A stretch of 64,000 bases of DNA from a virus (taxonomy: Duplodnaviria > Heunggongvirae > Uroviricota > Caudoviricetes), in the IMG/VR virus record IMGVR_UViG_3300027796_000011, positions 41,850 to 105,849 of that record, one strand, 5' to 3'. A program made the translations under genes and the position numbers. The notes beneath the pieces were generated by a model. It ran no database searches. It saw only the letters and a program-made list of their open reading frames with translations, and was not told the origin of the DNA. Of this stretch, positions 18,656 through 27,703 are shown piece after piece. How positions within the stretch are numbered: position 1 is the first letter of the stretch; every line of letters begins with the position of its first letter.

Positions 18656-18937
18656 TTACTGGTTTCCCGGTATTGCCCGAAAAGCATAGACCGGCATACC
18701 AGTACGGCGTTCTTGTATCTCGAAATCGTACTCCCCGTATTCAACTAGCAATGCCTTGCCCCAATATTTTCGGCCCGTGCCGAGATAATCATTTTTACGT
18801 AACCAGGCAAAAAGCTTTCGTGGCGTTATGTCTTTATCCGCAAAAGTGACGGTTTCTAACTTGTGCGCGTCATTCCATGACCAGCCATAATCATCTCCCC
18901 ATGCATCTATTGACAACATTTCATATTTTCTTTTCAT
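18656..18937 (-). CDS. hypothetical protein
   Basis: 93 aa ORF. Confidence 0.3.
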   Translation of the reverse strand: MKRKYEMLSIDAWGDDYGWSWNDAHKLETVTFADKDITPRKLFAWLRKNDYLGTGRKYWGKALLVEYGEYDFEIQERRTGMPVYAFRAIPGNQ

Positions 18938-18964
18938 GCTTTTTCCTTCCCCGATTTTTAATTG

Positions 18965-19216
18965 TTACCCGATGACCAGAATACGCCGATTGTGCGGGCC
19001 TGTCGTCTCGCCCACACTAATGCCAGCCGCCCGTAAACGGGCAAGCAGGTTATGACGGCTGGCGCAATATCGACAAGAAAAAAGCTTGGCCTTACCCTTT
19101 AGCGTACTACCCGATAAATTTTCAATCCCATTTATAATCCCCCTTTGATAACTCCCACGGGCCAAGCTCCATGCCCGATTGTACACGTCCATGTCTTTGC
19201 AAACGGTCCATGACAT
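18965..19216 (-). CDS. hypothetical protein
   Basis: 83 aa ORF. Confidence 0.3.
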   Translation of the reverse strand: MSWTVCKDMDVYNRAWSLARGSYQRGIINGIENLSGSTLKGKAKLFSCRYCASRHNLLARLRAAGISVGETTGPHNRRILVIG

Positions 19217-19232
19217 GTCTTTTCTCTCTTTT

Positions 19233-19451
19233 TTAACTGTTACGGGCCTTGCGATACAGGCCGCCAGATAGCATAATGTCTGCCCCAGGCGTGCCGCTTT
19301 CCGCGCGCCACTTGCGCCGCGCGGTCATGTATGCCTGCCGCGCTTTCCGGGCCGTCTGCCTGCCCGGCAGAAAAAGCGCGTGCCGCATATGGAAATAGTT
19401 GCCGCGCGTATCATCCCATTCCCACGATTGTCCTTCCATCTTGAGCTGCAT
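19233..19451 (-). CDS. hypothetical protein
   Basis: 72 aa ORF. Confidence 0.25.
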   Translation of the reverse strand: MQLKMEGQSWEWDDTRGNYFHMRHALFLPGRQTARKARQAYMTARRKWRAESGTPGADIMLSGGLYRKARNS

Positions 19452-19472
19452 TGTGCTTTTCCTTCCCGCTTT

Positions 19473-19865
19473 TTAATTGTCTGCGTCGGTAAACGAAAAT
19501 GGCAGGCCACAAACCGTCTGGCCCGCACGAAACCCGGCATACAATCCAAGCGCCTGTAGCTGTTCCCGGATATGCCTCCCGATCAAGTCCGGGCGTTCTC
19601 GGCGTATCTGTGCGCCTACCTCGTCAAAAAATATCTTGCGCCCCTGGCCGTCATAGTAATAACCGCCCATTTTTTCCTCGCTTTTTTTAGGGTTGCGTTT
19701 CAAGCCGGGAACTGTTCCCGGCTTGTTTGCAATCCTTTGTCGGCTACTCTCGCCGGGCCTGTCCCGGCTAAGCTCTGGCCTGTCAATTTTCAGTGATCTT
19801 TGCGGGCCGCTTCCCCGCACGTCGTGATTATTTTCTAATCGCATTCTGGCCTTCCCGTCAAGCAT
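19473..19865 (-). CDS. hypothetical basic protein
   Basis: 130 aa ORF. Confidence 0.25.
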   Translation of the reverse strand: MLDGKARMRLENNHDVRGSGPQRSLKIDRPELSRDRPGESSRQRIANKPGTVPGLKRNPKKSEEKMGGYYYDGQGRKIFFDEVGAQIRRERPDLIGRHIREQLQALGLYAGFRAGQTVCGLPFSFTDADN

Positions 19866-19869
19866 TTTT

Positions 19870-20470
19870 TCTATCTTTTTTTGGCCCGCTCAAAAAATTG
19901 AAATCAATTTCAAAAAATGCCGTATGTAATGATCCGGGCGCGCGAAGAGCATTTTTCATGCCAAAAAATCTTGAAAAAGGCCATTTTTCCTTGTATTGCG
20001 CTAAAAATCTAAAAACGTATCCTTGCCTAGCAAAACATGCCCGGCGCGGCAAATCGCATTCTGGCGTGTTTCAGCCCTATATGCTTCGCATAGCATAACG
20101 AAAAAAACTGGAAAAAAGCTCGATAAAAAGATTTTTTTGGCATGGTTTTTGTCGTGGCATGAAATATGCTTGGCGTTTTTTCCTGCCAGATTTTTTTGCT
20201 TTTTTTTGCTTTTTTTCGCATTTTCTTGTGCTTTTCCTGGTTTTTGGCATGGAACGTGAATTGACAAAACTTTGACTATACTACCACGGCTTTTCTCGCA
20301 TATACTCTCGACATGACAAAAAAATGGCGCAGATTGCTTGCCTTATGCTTTCTTGGGCATATGCTTTCGCGGACATATGCTTGACCACGCCGATATGCTT
20401 TCTTGAACATATGCTAGCTCGGACATATGCTTTTTCTAACCTATGCTTTGTGGAGCATAACGCTGGCGGT
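19870..20470. other. candidate replication origin: AT-rich tract plus iterons
   Basis: poly-T tracts at 20150-20250; six spaced (A)CATATGCT iterons at 20338-20462; an outward-facing promoter TTGACAAAACTTTGACTATACT at 20261. Confidence 0.45.
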
Positions 20471-20572
20471 AGTCTGGTCTGGCGGGGCGGCGGCTAAGTT
20501 CCAGGTGGGGCAGCCTGCTTACCTGTTAGGTATTCTGTCTTAAATCCTTCCCCAAAAAATGCTACGTTGCAA

Positions 20573-20652
20573 GTTGCCGGTCCCCCCTACGTTGCGGGTT
20601 GCCGGTCCCTTTTCATTTCTTGACCTACGTTGCTTGTTGTCGTTCCCTTGGG
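20573..20652. repeat. three tandem CTACGTTGCnnGTTGCCGGTCCC direct repeats
   Basis: read directly; a second triple copy lies at 31490-31558. Confidence 0.8.
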
Positions 20653-20867
20653 TGCTTCCTGCCCGCTTCCTTGAGGTAGTGCTGATTGTTGTCAGGATGC
20701 CCTGTGCTGGACTTTCTTTTGATTCTTGGGGTTGGATACGGTCTGCTTGGTAGGCTGGCTTTAGAATGGCTTGTCTTTGGCTGGTTTTGAGTGTTCTTTG
20801 GCTGTTCGGGGTGGGTTCTTTTAGCCTAGTTCTGGTTGCTTTCCCACCCCGATTTTTTGGACTTCTG

Positions 20868-21101
20868 CTAGGCGTCGATGATCGTAAAAATATCCTCAAT
20901 CGGATCGCCTTCCATGTCAATGTCGGCACGACAATGCCTGCGGTTGCCCTCCCGCTCCATTGCTTTGAAAATCTCAAAATCCTCCCACGGAAGTACGCCT
21001 CCCCCAGAATCAGACATGGCATTGGGGGCTAACACGCTCCAAACGTCTTCAAACTGTTCACCTGAGTATCTGTCAACCCACTCCATTTGATATTTCGGCA
21101 T
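20868..21101 (-). CDS. small acidic protein, three-member paralog family (member 1)
   Basis: WVDRYSGEQFEDVW...LPWEDFEIFKAMEREG. Confidence 0.4.
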   Translation of the reverse strand: MPKYQMEWVDRYSGEQFEDVWSVLAPNAMSDSGGGVLPWEDFEIFKAMEREGNRRHCRADIDMEGDPIEDIFTIIDA

Positions 21102-21130
21102 GTGTTTCCTCCCCGATTTTTTGGGTTAGG

Positions 21131-21334
21131 CTAGTCTTTCAGAATGGTGTAAACATCCCCCTCGCACTCCCACTCTAAGAGGCCCTGAGACTTCATTTTT
21201 TCAAAAATCGCCACATCTCCTCCATGCATCGCGTGTTCATCCTCGCTGCATAACGTGTTAGGGGTAAGGTGGTCCCACAATCCCTCACAACGTCGGCCAG
21301 TAAAAACATCCATCCAACTGATCTTGTATAGCAT
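21131..21334 (-). CDS. small acidic protein, paralog family member 2
   Basis: WMDVFTGRRCEGLW...DVAIFEKMKSQG. Confidence 0.4.
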   Translation of the reverse strand: MLYKISWMDVFTGRRCEGLWDHLTPNTLCSEDEHAMHGGDVAIFEKMKSQGLLEWECEGDVYTILKD

Positions 21335-21363
21335 TTAGGATACCTCCCCGATTTTTGGTATGT

Positions 21364-21621
21364 TTAGATGTCCGATGGATCAGGCAGCGGAGGCTTCTGT
21401 GACACGATGTGGTTATGGTACAAAGCCCACCACTCTGCTAGCACGTTCTCGTGGGCCTTTGGCAGCCAGTCTCCCCCACAAGTAAAAACAGAAACGGCAA
21501 TAGCCGCAAACACCGCTTTCGGACACTGCTCGTAAAAAGATATCTGCCGACTGTACTCGTTTGTCACCTTCCCGGCCATAACCCCCCTTATTAAGCAGAA
21601 ATTTCGTATGTGTCTTCCCAC
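21364..21621 (-). CDS. hypothetical protein
   Basis: 85 aa ORF. Confidence 0.3.
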   Translation of the reverse strand: MGRHIRNFCLIRGVMAGKVTNEYSRQISFYEQCPKAVFAAIAVSVFTCGGDWLPKAHENVLAEWWALYHNHIVSQKPPLPDPSDI

Positions 21622-21851
21622 GCATCCCCGAAGTCACCCACCCCCCGCACAATCCGGGTACTCTCCCCCCGACGTTCCATGTCTTTGAACACCTTGAAGG
21701 CGTCAAACCCCATTATACAGTCGCTCTTCAAGTCCCTGGCCTCAATATCTAAGGTAGTCCACTTCAAGGTGTAGATATTCGTCCCCGGAGTTGCCATGTA
21801 CGTGTATGTGTAGAGCATACCCCCCCTTTGTTTTTTTGAAGTTGATTTCAA
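21591..21851 (-). CDS. small acidic protein, paralog family member 3
   Basis: GFDAFKVFKDMERRG. Confidence 0.35.
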   Translation of the reverse strand: MKSTSKKQRGGMLYTYTYMATPGTNIYTLKWTTLDIEARDLKSDCIMGFDAFKVFKDMERRGESTRIVRGVGDFGDAWEDTYEISA

Positions 21852-22087
21852 TCCCAGGCGTACTTGATGAAAAAAGTCTTACCCGGTTCGATGTTCTTTG
21901 TCAAGCCCATGTTTTCCATTTCTTGGAAAGTATCCGCTTCCGCCTTGGTCATGATAACACTCTTGTACATACCCTTCCGAAAATAGATAGGTACAGACAG
22001 GTATCCCTGCTTTGCCTCGTTCCAAGTGATCTCAAGGGCCTTGCCATCCCCCATACCTTCGCTGGCGTACTGTATCTTGTAGGTCAT
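21848..22087 (-). CDS. hypothetical protein
   Basis: starts MTYKIQY directly after the conserved leader and promoter at 22142. Confidence 0.4.
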   Translation of the reverse strand: MTYKIQYASEGMGDGKALEITWNEAKQGYLSVPIYFRKGMYKSVIMTKAEADTFQEMENMGLTKNIEPGKTFFIKYAWD

Positions 22088-22123
22088 GTGCTTTCCCTCC
22101 CGCTCGTTTGTTGAGTACAGACT

Positions 22124-22297
22124 ACCGCTTTCGGGCAGGTTTGTCAAGGTTTTTTATGACCAGTTTGGCCGCTTGCAGACGCTTCTCGTCTTCCTTGGTA
22201 TTCAACCACGGGCACATGTTCAACGCCTTGACCATATTCTTGAGTGCCCAAGCGGGCTGGTTCCCCACTATGCTTCTCGCTTCCTGTAATGTCATGA
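22124..22297 (-). CDS. hypothetical small protein (57 aa, absent from the ORF track)
   Basis: GGGAGGG RBS then ATG ACA TTA CAG...; [21 protein letters not shown]... Confidence 0.3.
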
Positions 22298-22298
22298 C

Positions 22299-22518
22299 CT
22301 AACCCTCCCGCCTCTTGTAACAAGGGCAATTCTCGTGCGGGGTTTCCGCTTCTACCATCACACCGTCAGCATGTGCCCCGGTGGGCGGAAGCGGGATGGT
22401 GTCCAGGTAAAAACATCGCCCCATAAAATGGTCATCCTCCGGGTATCCGTTGTGTGTCTCCCAGATCGTATTCCAGTTGCAATACTTACAGGTATGACAA
22501 GTCCCTTCCTTGAGTTGC
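22299..22518 (-). CDS. small Cys-rich protein
   Basis: conserved leader then MQLKEGTCHTCKYC. Confidence 0.35.
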
Positions 22519-22593
22519 ATAGGCTCCCCCTCATTCATTGAAGACATTATGTGCTTTTTCTTGGAAAATGTCAAGAGGTTAATCTGGTAAAAT

Positions 22594-23184
22594 CTAGTAA
22601 GTGTCTTCCCTATCAAATTCTTCCAGCCCCGCCCGGAATGCCTCCCACTTGAAGTCCACAAAGGCATCCCGTAGCCGCTCGATATGGCATTGCATAAGCC
22701 GCTCGAAGTCATCCAACTGCTTCGCACAACGCTGCAATGCCTCTTTCTCTATGAACTTGCCTAAACTCGCGTGGAAGTGTTCAAGGACCGGGATAAAGTC
22801 AATCTCCTGCCCGTCAAATGTGAAAGCGATCCGCTTGTCAAGGCACCCATCACCATGTACCTCCACCCCGGGAGCCTTTTCCAAAGCAAGGTAAAACAAC
22901 GACTTGACGAGGGTCAAGGAGCTGTCTGTGTGTAGTTCTCGGATAGTCGTTTCTTTTTTCATGTGCATACCCCCGGCATACTCCCGATTTTTTGCTTCGG
23001 CGTATGTCATAGCCTTGTCAAAATAATTCTGACGCTTGGCACCTATCCTGCCGATCTTGCGAACCGTTCGGCTCCTGTCGTTGAACACGCACCAGTAATC
23101 CCCTATGCTGCCCACCCGGCACGGGCCTGTGGTGGTTGGCGAATGGACGGCACCGCAGTAGTGATTTTCGTAAGTGTCTGACAT
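22594..23184 (-). CDS. hypothetical protein
   Basis: GGGGGGTAGGAACC ATG; 196 aa. Confidence 0.4.
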   Translation of the reverse strand: MSDTYENHYCGAVHSPTTTGPCRVGSIGDYWCVFNDRSRTVRKIGRIGAKRQNYFDKAMTYAEAKNREYAGGMHMKKETTIRELHTDSSLTLVKSLFYLALEKAPGVEVHGDGCLDKRIAFTFDGQEIDFIPVLEHFHASLGKFIEKEALQRCAKQLDDFERLMQCHIERLRDAFVDFKWEAFRAGLEEFDREDTY

Positions 23185-23211
23185 GGTTCCTACCCCCCTC
23201 ATTTGTTTTGT

Positions 23212-23370
23212 CTATCTGTCCACAACGCCATTCACGTACTGGCGGGATGCCTTCAAAGACTTCGCAAGGACAGCCCCAAGTTCAGGGTGCTTGCGGACTG
23301 CCTGCCACCCATCACTGTCAACTAACTGGCGAATTTGTGCGGCCTGCTTTCTGGAAATAATGGCATTCAT
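23212..23370 (-). CDS. small hypothetical protein
   Basis: conserved leader then MNAIISRKQ. Confidence 0.35.
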   Translation of the reverse strand: MNAIISRKQAAQIRQLVDSDGWQAVRKHPELGAVLAKSLKASRQYVNGVVDR

Positions 23371-23443
23371 GTTCCTACCCCCCTCATTTGTTAGAAACAG
23401 TATGTGATTTTTCTTGGAAAATGTCAAGCGTATTTTTAATTTG

Positions 23444-23692
23444 CTATTTAATCCCTTCGCGGATTCGGTTGGCACACCACAACACACGATCAGGATGTAG
23501 CCCGCAACAATCTGAGCTAAGTTCTGGATTTACCACCATATCGTCAGCCACATCGGCAGCACCGGGAAGGACTCGCCCAAGTAGATGTAGATACCCGATT
23601 GCATTTGCCACCCTGTCCCCCCCATAAGCCGGGTGGCGTCCCTCGAAGATCGCTGCGGATTCTCTCAAGATGTCAACGGTAGTGCTGTTCAT
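23444..23692 (-). CDS. hypothetical protein
   Basis: 82 aa after the conserved leader. Confidence 0.35.
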   Translation of the reverse strand: MNSTTVDILRESAAIFEGRHPAYGGDRVANAIGYLHLLGRVLPGAADVADDMVVNPELSSDCCGLHPDRVLWCANRIREGIK

Positions 23693-23778
23693 GACTCCCC
23701 CTCATTCGTTGAAGACATTATGTGCTTTTTCTTGGAAAATGTCAAGCGTTATTTTTAACTTGCAACTTGATCCCCCCA

Positions 23779-24063
23779 TTACTTCCATGCGGCATACTTT
23801 GCCAGGAAGTCTAGACGTTCCTGTTCCTGCGTCAAGGCGTCTGTGAGTGGGATCAGGGACTCTTCTACCCGCGCAGCCCTCTCCCGGTCAAGAAAAAAAC
23901 CTACCGTCTGATCCGCATAGTCTGACCGCACATCGGTCACGCTTGTATAAGTGTACTGGCAATGCGGGCAGTAATCCCACCCCGCACCCTGGCCCCGGAG
24001 GTGCGAACAAAACTCACAAGCCGAAGACGCGCTTGAGATGGCAACTCTTTCCATTCTTTCCAT
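23779..24063 (-). CDS. hypothetical Cys-rich protein
   Basis: 94 aa; CEFCSH...CPHC. Confidence 0.35.
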   Translation of the reverse strand: MERMERVAISSASSACEFCSHLRGQGAGWDYCPHCQYTYTSVTDVRSDYADQTVGFFLDRERAARVEESLIPLTDALTQEQERLDFLAKYAAWK

Positions 24064-24142
24064 GTTCCTACCCCCCTCATTTGTTAGAAACAGTATAGAC
24101 CAAGAATCCCAGAAATGTCAAGTAGTTTTTTCGCAGTCAAAT

Positions 24143-24607
24143 TCAATTATTGACCCGGATCATGCGGTATTGCGGGTTGGTAGTCGTCTCCGTTCCAAAT
24201 TCCAGATACAGATGACGCTTACCCTTGCGATAGATGACCAAGTACACCGAATCCGAATACAGACCAAGTTCCTTGTGCTTGGCGGTCATCTTGGCCCCGC
24301 TGTACCATTCCACCCGCACCTCGTCCCCCTCCCGCAAAAGGGACAGGATAGACTCCGCATGATATGCCGTGCTGTACAAAGCCGTGTAATAACATCCGCT
24401 CAAGTCCTTTGCCCTGGCCGAATAGTTTGAAAAATACGCCTTTGTCTCAAAAGCGTAGGTGTACTCCCCGTTCTCCCGCACGATGTGAAACTCCCACTTG
24501 CAAGTACCCGCCCCTGGCTCAGACCGTAAAACCAGGGACTTGCTCAGATACTTTTCAGCCTTGAGGACGTACTTGATAGCCTTGATGTCTTCCTTGGTAA
24601 GTTCCAT
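24143..24607 (-). CDS. hypothetical protein
   Basis: 154 aa ORF with leader. Confidence 0.4.
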   Translation of the reverse strand: MELTKEDIKAIKYVLKAEKYLSKSLVLRSEPGAGTCKWEFHIVRENGEYTYAFETKAYFSNYSARAKDLSGCYYTALYSTAYHAESILSLLREGDEVRVEWYSGAKMTAKHKELGLYSDSVYLVIYRKGKRHLYLEFGTETTTNPQYRMIRVNN

Positions 24608-24955
24608 AGTGTTTCCCTCCCGATTTTTTAATAAAGGGCATCCAAAGGAAGAACGATCTCATTTCCTACGCAACGCTCATTTTCTGCCGCTTCCTTGGAT
24701 GGAAAAACCCGGATTCGATTCAATACTCTTGTATAAGAGTTTTTGCTTCCAGGCTTGGCAACGTATCCACCTTCGCCACCTGTCCTTTTCAAAATGAATC
24801 CATTTGATTGCATGTGTGTTTCCCTCCCCGATTTGTTGAGTAGAGTATGCGCTAAAAACCTGGAAATGTCAAGAGGTTTTTTGAAGTTAATGGCGAAAAA
24901 AAAGCGGGAAGGCTTGCACCTTCCCGCACTAACTATTCAGGATTCTTTGAGATGT

Positions 24956-25897
24956 TTAGATTTCAATCAGCCGGATCAGTTCCGCCTTGTCCGGGGTTGT
25001 GATCGTCACGACAAGGCCGCTCGTGTGCCGGTATTCAGTGTCCCCGTAGGCGTCCTCCCCACTTTCCAGGTTCAGCCACCCCAGAGTCACCGTGGCCTTG
25101 TCACCCAAAGCCTTGCGGGCCTCCCGCAACTTCTCAATTTCGGCCAGTTCGGGCTTGTCGCGCTCGTTCCATCCCGCAGCCTCCCCCTCCCGGATTCCGG
25201 CGGGAAGTTTGGCGTCCGCCAGCACATTCACGACGTATTCCTGACGGGCCAGGGCCTTCCAATCAAAGCCCTCTTCAAGTCTGGCAAGCAGCAACTCCGA
25301 TCCATGCGCCTTGGCCCACTTCTCCAAAGCCGCCTCACCTTCTGCCGCTTCCTGCCGCTTGCGGGCCTCGTACTCGTCCCGGCTCTTTTCCATGTCCTGC
25401 CGCTTCCGCAACTGTTCGGCTAACTCCGCTTCACGCTTGGCTTTCTTGGCCTCTCCCGCCTCTACCAGTTGCGCTTTGATGCTGTCAAACTCTTCCTCAA
25501 CCCACCGATAGCGGGCCTTCTCAAACTCCAAGGCGGCGGAAAAACTCTCAAAAGGTGCGTCAAACCCCTCTTTCATGACATAAGAGGCAAGGGATGGGTC
25601 GTCCTTATCATGTCCAATTATGCCGATGATCGGGGAGCCGTGCTTGACAATGTACAGGCTGTCGGTGCTGATGGTCTGAGTGCCCTCCCGCTCCCGGCGG
25701 ATGGACACCCCACCCCCCACAACCTGAGTCTGCAAAAGGGCCAGGGTCAGGCTGCCGTCCCGGTCAACCTTAAAAAAGTCAACGTCTTCCGGGGAAATCT
25801 CGCCGGTCAAGGTCTGCATGGCCTTGCCGTCCAGCCCGCGCTTCAAAGCCTCACGCTGCCCAGCCTCAGTCAGCTTGTAAGTGATCGTCGCCTTCAT
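24956..25897 (-). CDS. hypothetical coiled-coil protein
   Basis: GGGAGGGAACGAAAA ATG; central E/K/R-rich helix. Confidence 0.4.
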   Translation of the reverse strand: MKATITYKLTEAGQREALKRGLDGKAMQTLTGEISPEDVDFFKVDRDGSLTLALLQTQVVGGGVSIRREREGTQTISTDSLYIVKHGSPIIGIIGHDKDDPSLASYVMKEGFDAPFESFSAALEFEKARYRWVEEEFDSIKAQLVEAGEAKKAKREAELAEQLRKRQDMEKSRDEYEARKRQEAAEGEAALEKWAKAHGSELLLARLEEGFDWKALARQEYVVNVLADAKLPAGIREGEAAGWNERDKPELAEIEKLREARKALGDKATVTLGWLNLESGEDAYGDTEYRHTSGLVVTITTPDKAELIRLIEI

Positions 25898-26037
25898 TTT
25901 TCGTTCCCTCCCGCCCGGCCCCTGCCGGGGTTGTTGTTTCATGTCCCGCGCCATCCCCAGACGGGGCGGTGTTCCCCATTCCGTTGAGTAGGAGTCTACT
26001 CAATCCTTCCAGGTTTGTCAAGCGTTTTCTTGTTTTT

Positions 26038-26137
26038 TGGTGGAGGCAGCCGGACTCGAACCGGCATCTACCGGCCCCTTACAGGGGTGCCCGCGTCCGG
26101 GCGTCCATTGTCGTTCTACCGATTAAACTATGCCCCC
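26038..26137 (-). ncRNA. tRNA-like element with non-canonical anticodon region
   Basis: 7-bp acceptor stem GGGGGCA/TGCCTCC; D arm TAGTTTAATCGGTAGAAC; perfect T arm GCCGGTTCGAGTCCGGC; 3' ACCA; the 46-nt middle forms GCCCG-GACG-CGGGC and CCCCT-GTA-AGGGG hairpins but no 5-bp/7-nt anticodon arm. Confidence 0.5.
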
Positions 26138-26181
26138 ATGAAGTAGAAGAATACTCAATCCTTCCAGGTTTGTCAAGAGAT

Positions 26182-26457
26182 TTAATAATAAACCCCTAAA
26201 GCCCGGCACGCCAGGAAAGAAAAATCTGTGTTGTGCCCGATGTGCTTGACGGCCATAGCCTGTAACAAGGCACCCTCAATCGTAGTGCATCCGCAGTTCG
26301 TGTCCCGCCCCTCCACATACGGGTGAAATATCCGGTGGTCCTCCTTGTCAAGATGCTCCACGATGCTGTACGGCCCGACCTCGTGGACTTCCACCACAAC
26401 CCCCCACACAAAGTCTATCGTATTACCGTAAATCTGTGTCGGTCTACGCACTTTCAT
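26182..26457 (-). CDS. hypothetical protein
   Basis: 91 aa ORF downstream of the promoter at 26172. Confidence 0.3.
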   Translation of the reverse strand: MKVRRPTQIYGNTIDFVWGVVVEVHEVGPYSIVEHLDKEDHRIFHPYVEGRDTNCGCTTIEGALLQAMAVKHIGHNTDFSFLACRALGVYY

Positions 26458-26692
26458 ACTCCTTCACCATATCCACCGCTTGTTGAAGAAGACTCATGCC
26501 TTCTGGGGTGGGGGAGTCCACGCATAAATCCTCAGCCACAGCAATAACCTTTTTCAAGAGTACACGAAGTTTCTCAAAGTCCTCCCACTCCACATAGGTG
26601 CCATCGGCGTCAAGTTCCATGTCACAGCCGGGGCAGTCGTCGTCACTGAGCCACAACGCACTGGACTCAAGAGAGTACCGTTTTATGCTCAT
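26444..26692 (-). CDS. hypothetical acidic protein
   Basis: 82 aa ORF. Confidence 0.3.
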   Translation of the reverse strand: MSIKRYSLESSALWLSDDDCPGCDMELDADGTYVEWEDFEKLRVLLKKVIAVAEDLCVDSPTPEGMSLLQQAVDMVKEYESA

Positions 26693-26994
26693 GTAGCCAA
26701 CCCCTTTTTGAAGTGCTTTCTCACTGCGGCCTTGTATTCCGACGGCAACGGCATAACCGTTATAAGCACCTGCGCCAGACTGTAAATGTACACCATTTCC
26801 CCGTAAATCTTGATGTCTTTGGGCTTGGAGTGGTGCGCGGAAAACAGCGCATCGAAATACTTTTCAAGCCTCCCCGTTGCGTGTCTCCTTCCCATGCCCT
26901 TACTGTAGGCGATTGTTGCAGTCCTGTCAAGGGCTTTCTTTGGGAGTCCAACCCTCTCTTTTAAGCGTCTCGCTGCATGGTATGTGGTATGCAT
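26689..26994 (-). CDS. hypothetical protein
   Basis: 101 aa ORF. Confidence 0.3.
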   Translation of the reverse strand: MHTTYHAARRLKERVGLPKKALDRTATIAYSKGMGRRHATGRLEKYFDALFSAHHSKPKDIKIYGEMVYIYSLAQVLITVMPLPSEYKAAVRKHFKKGLAT

Positions 26995-27003
26995 GGCCTC
27001 CCC

Positions 27004-27615
27004 CTACATCCTGGCGAAGACTGCAACGTCTCCGTTATAAGTGCGTTCGGACCAATAGCTGTCAATAAACAGGTCACGGGCGTATGCGTCATAGTCGAAA
27101 TACGCTTGCAGATGTTCGGGGATGGAATCCAATTCCCCCATTTCGTCAAGCAGTTGCTCCGCAAATGCTGTTTCAGAATCAAAAGTGCCCTGGAAAGCAT
27201 CCTGAAAATCATCCAGGGTTGCATCCCCACCGTTGTCGTTTGCGTAAATGGCGTAAGCCTCCCCACCCTCTTCCAGAAGCCCATCCAGCTCGACAATCCT
27301 GTCCAGCGGGGTGTACTCCTCGACCAGCCCGTAAAATCCCTCTGAGTCATGAATGGCCCACTCCTCCGCAGACGGGAACGGGGAGGGCAAAGCACCGCCA
27401 CAATCCGGGCACCGCTCCCATTTGGCGTCCACATAAACGTCGCAGTCCTTGCAACGTCTACGCATGACATTGGGGTACTTGCTCATGGCAAGCAAGGCGT
27501 TAATCTGCGACTGAAGGCTTTCCGCACTCTCCCCGTCAACGTCGATCCATGTGCCCCGCGCTTCCCCGTTGTTGTAGTCGGCCAGGATGGACACATAGAT
27601 TTTTCTGTCGCTCAT
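27004..27615 (-). CDS. ardA: ArdA-family anti-restriction protein with inserted zinc ribbon
   Basis: IYVSILADYNNGEARGTWIDV, EWAIHDSEGFYG, IPEHLQAYFDYDAYARDLF align with Tn916 ArdA (VYIANLGKYNEGELVGAWF...EYAIHDYE...LQNYIDYQAYGRDL); highly acidic; CKDCD...CPDCGG insertion. Confidence 0.75.
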   Translation of the reverse strand: MSDRKIYVSILADYNNGEARGTWIDVDGESAESLQSQINALLAMSKYPNVMRRRCKDCDVYVDAKWERCPDCGGALPSPFPSAEEWAIHDSEGFYGLVEEYTPLDRIVELDGLLEEGGEAYAIYANDNGGDATLDDFQDAFQGTFDSETAFAEQLLDEMGELDSIPEHLQAYFDYDAYARDLFIDSYWSERTYNGDVAVFARM

Positions 27616-27703
27616 TTCGTTACCCTCCCGCTTGATTTGTTGAAGTCAGTATGTGCTATTTTCCAGGTTTTGTCAAGCACTTTTCCCATTGACTTCACTA
27701 TTT

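Noticed and set aside
20540-21022. 160-aa basic low-complexity ORF
   Set aside because: Overlaps the CTACGTTGC repeat cluster and the better-supported 20868..21101 gene. R/K/T/S-rich with no conserved motifs.
24743-25987. Plus-strand ORFs 24743..25423 and 25469..25987
   Set aside because: Antisense to the 24956..25897 coiled-coil gene. Proline- and Leu-rich reverse-frame artefacts.
26038-26137. Calling it a canonical tRNA with a specific anticodon
   Set aside because: An exhaustive check of the central 46 nt found no 5-bp stem with a 7-nt loop. Reported as tRNA-like instead.
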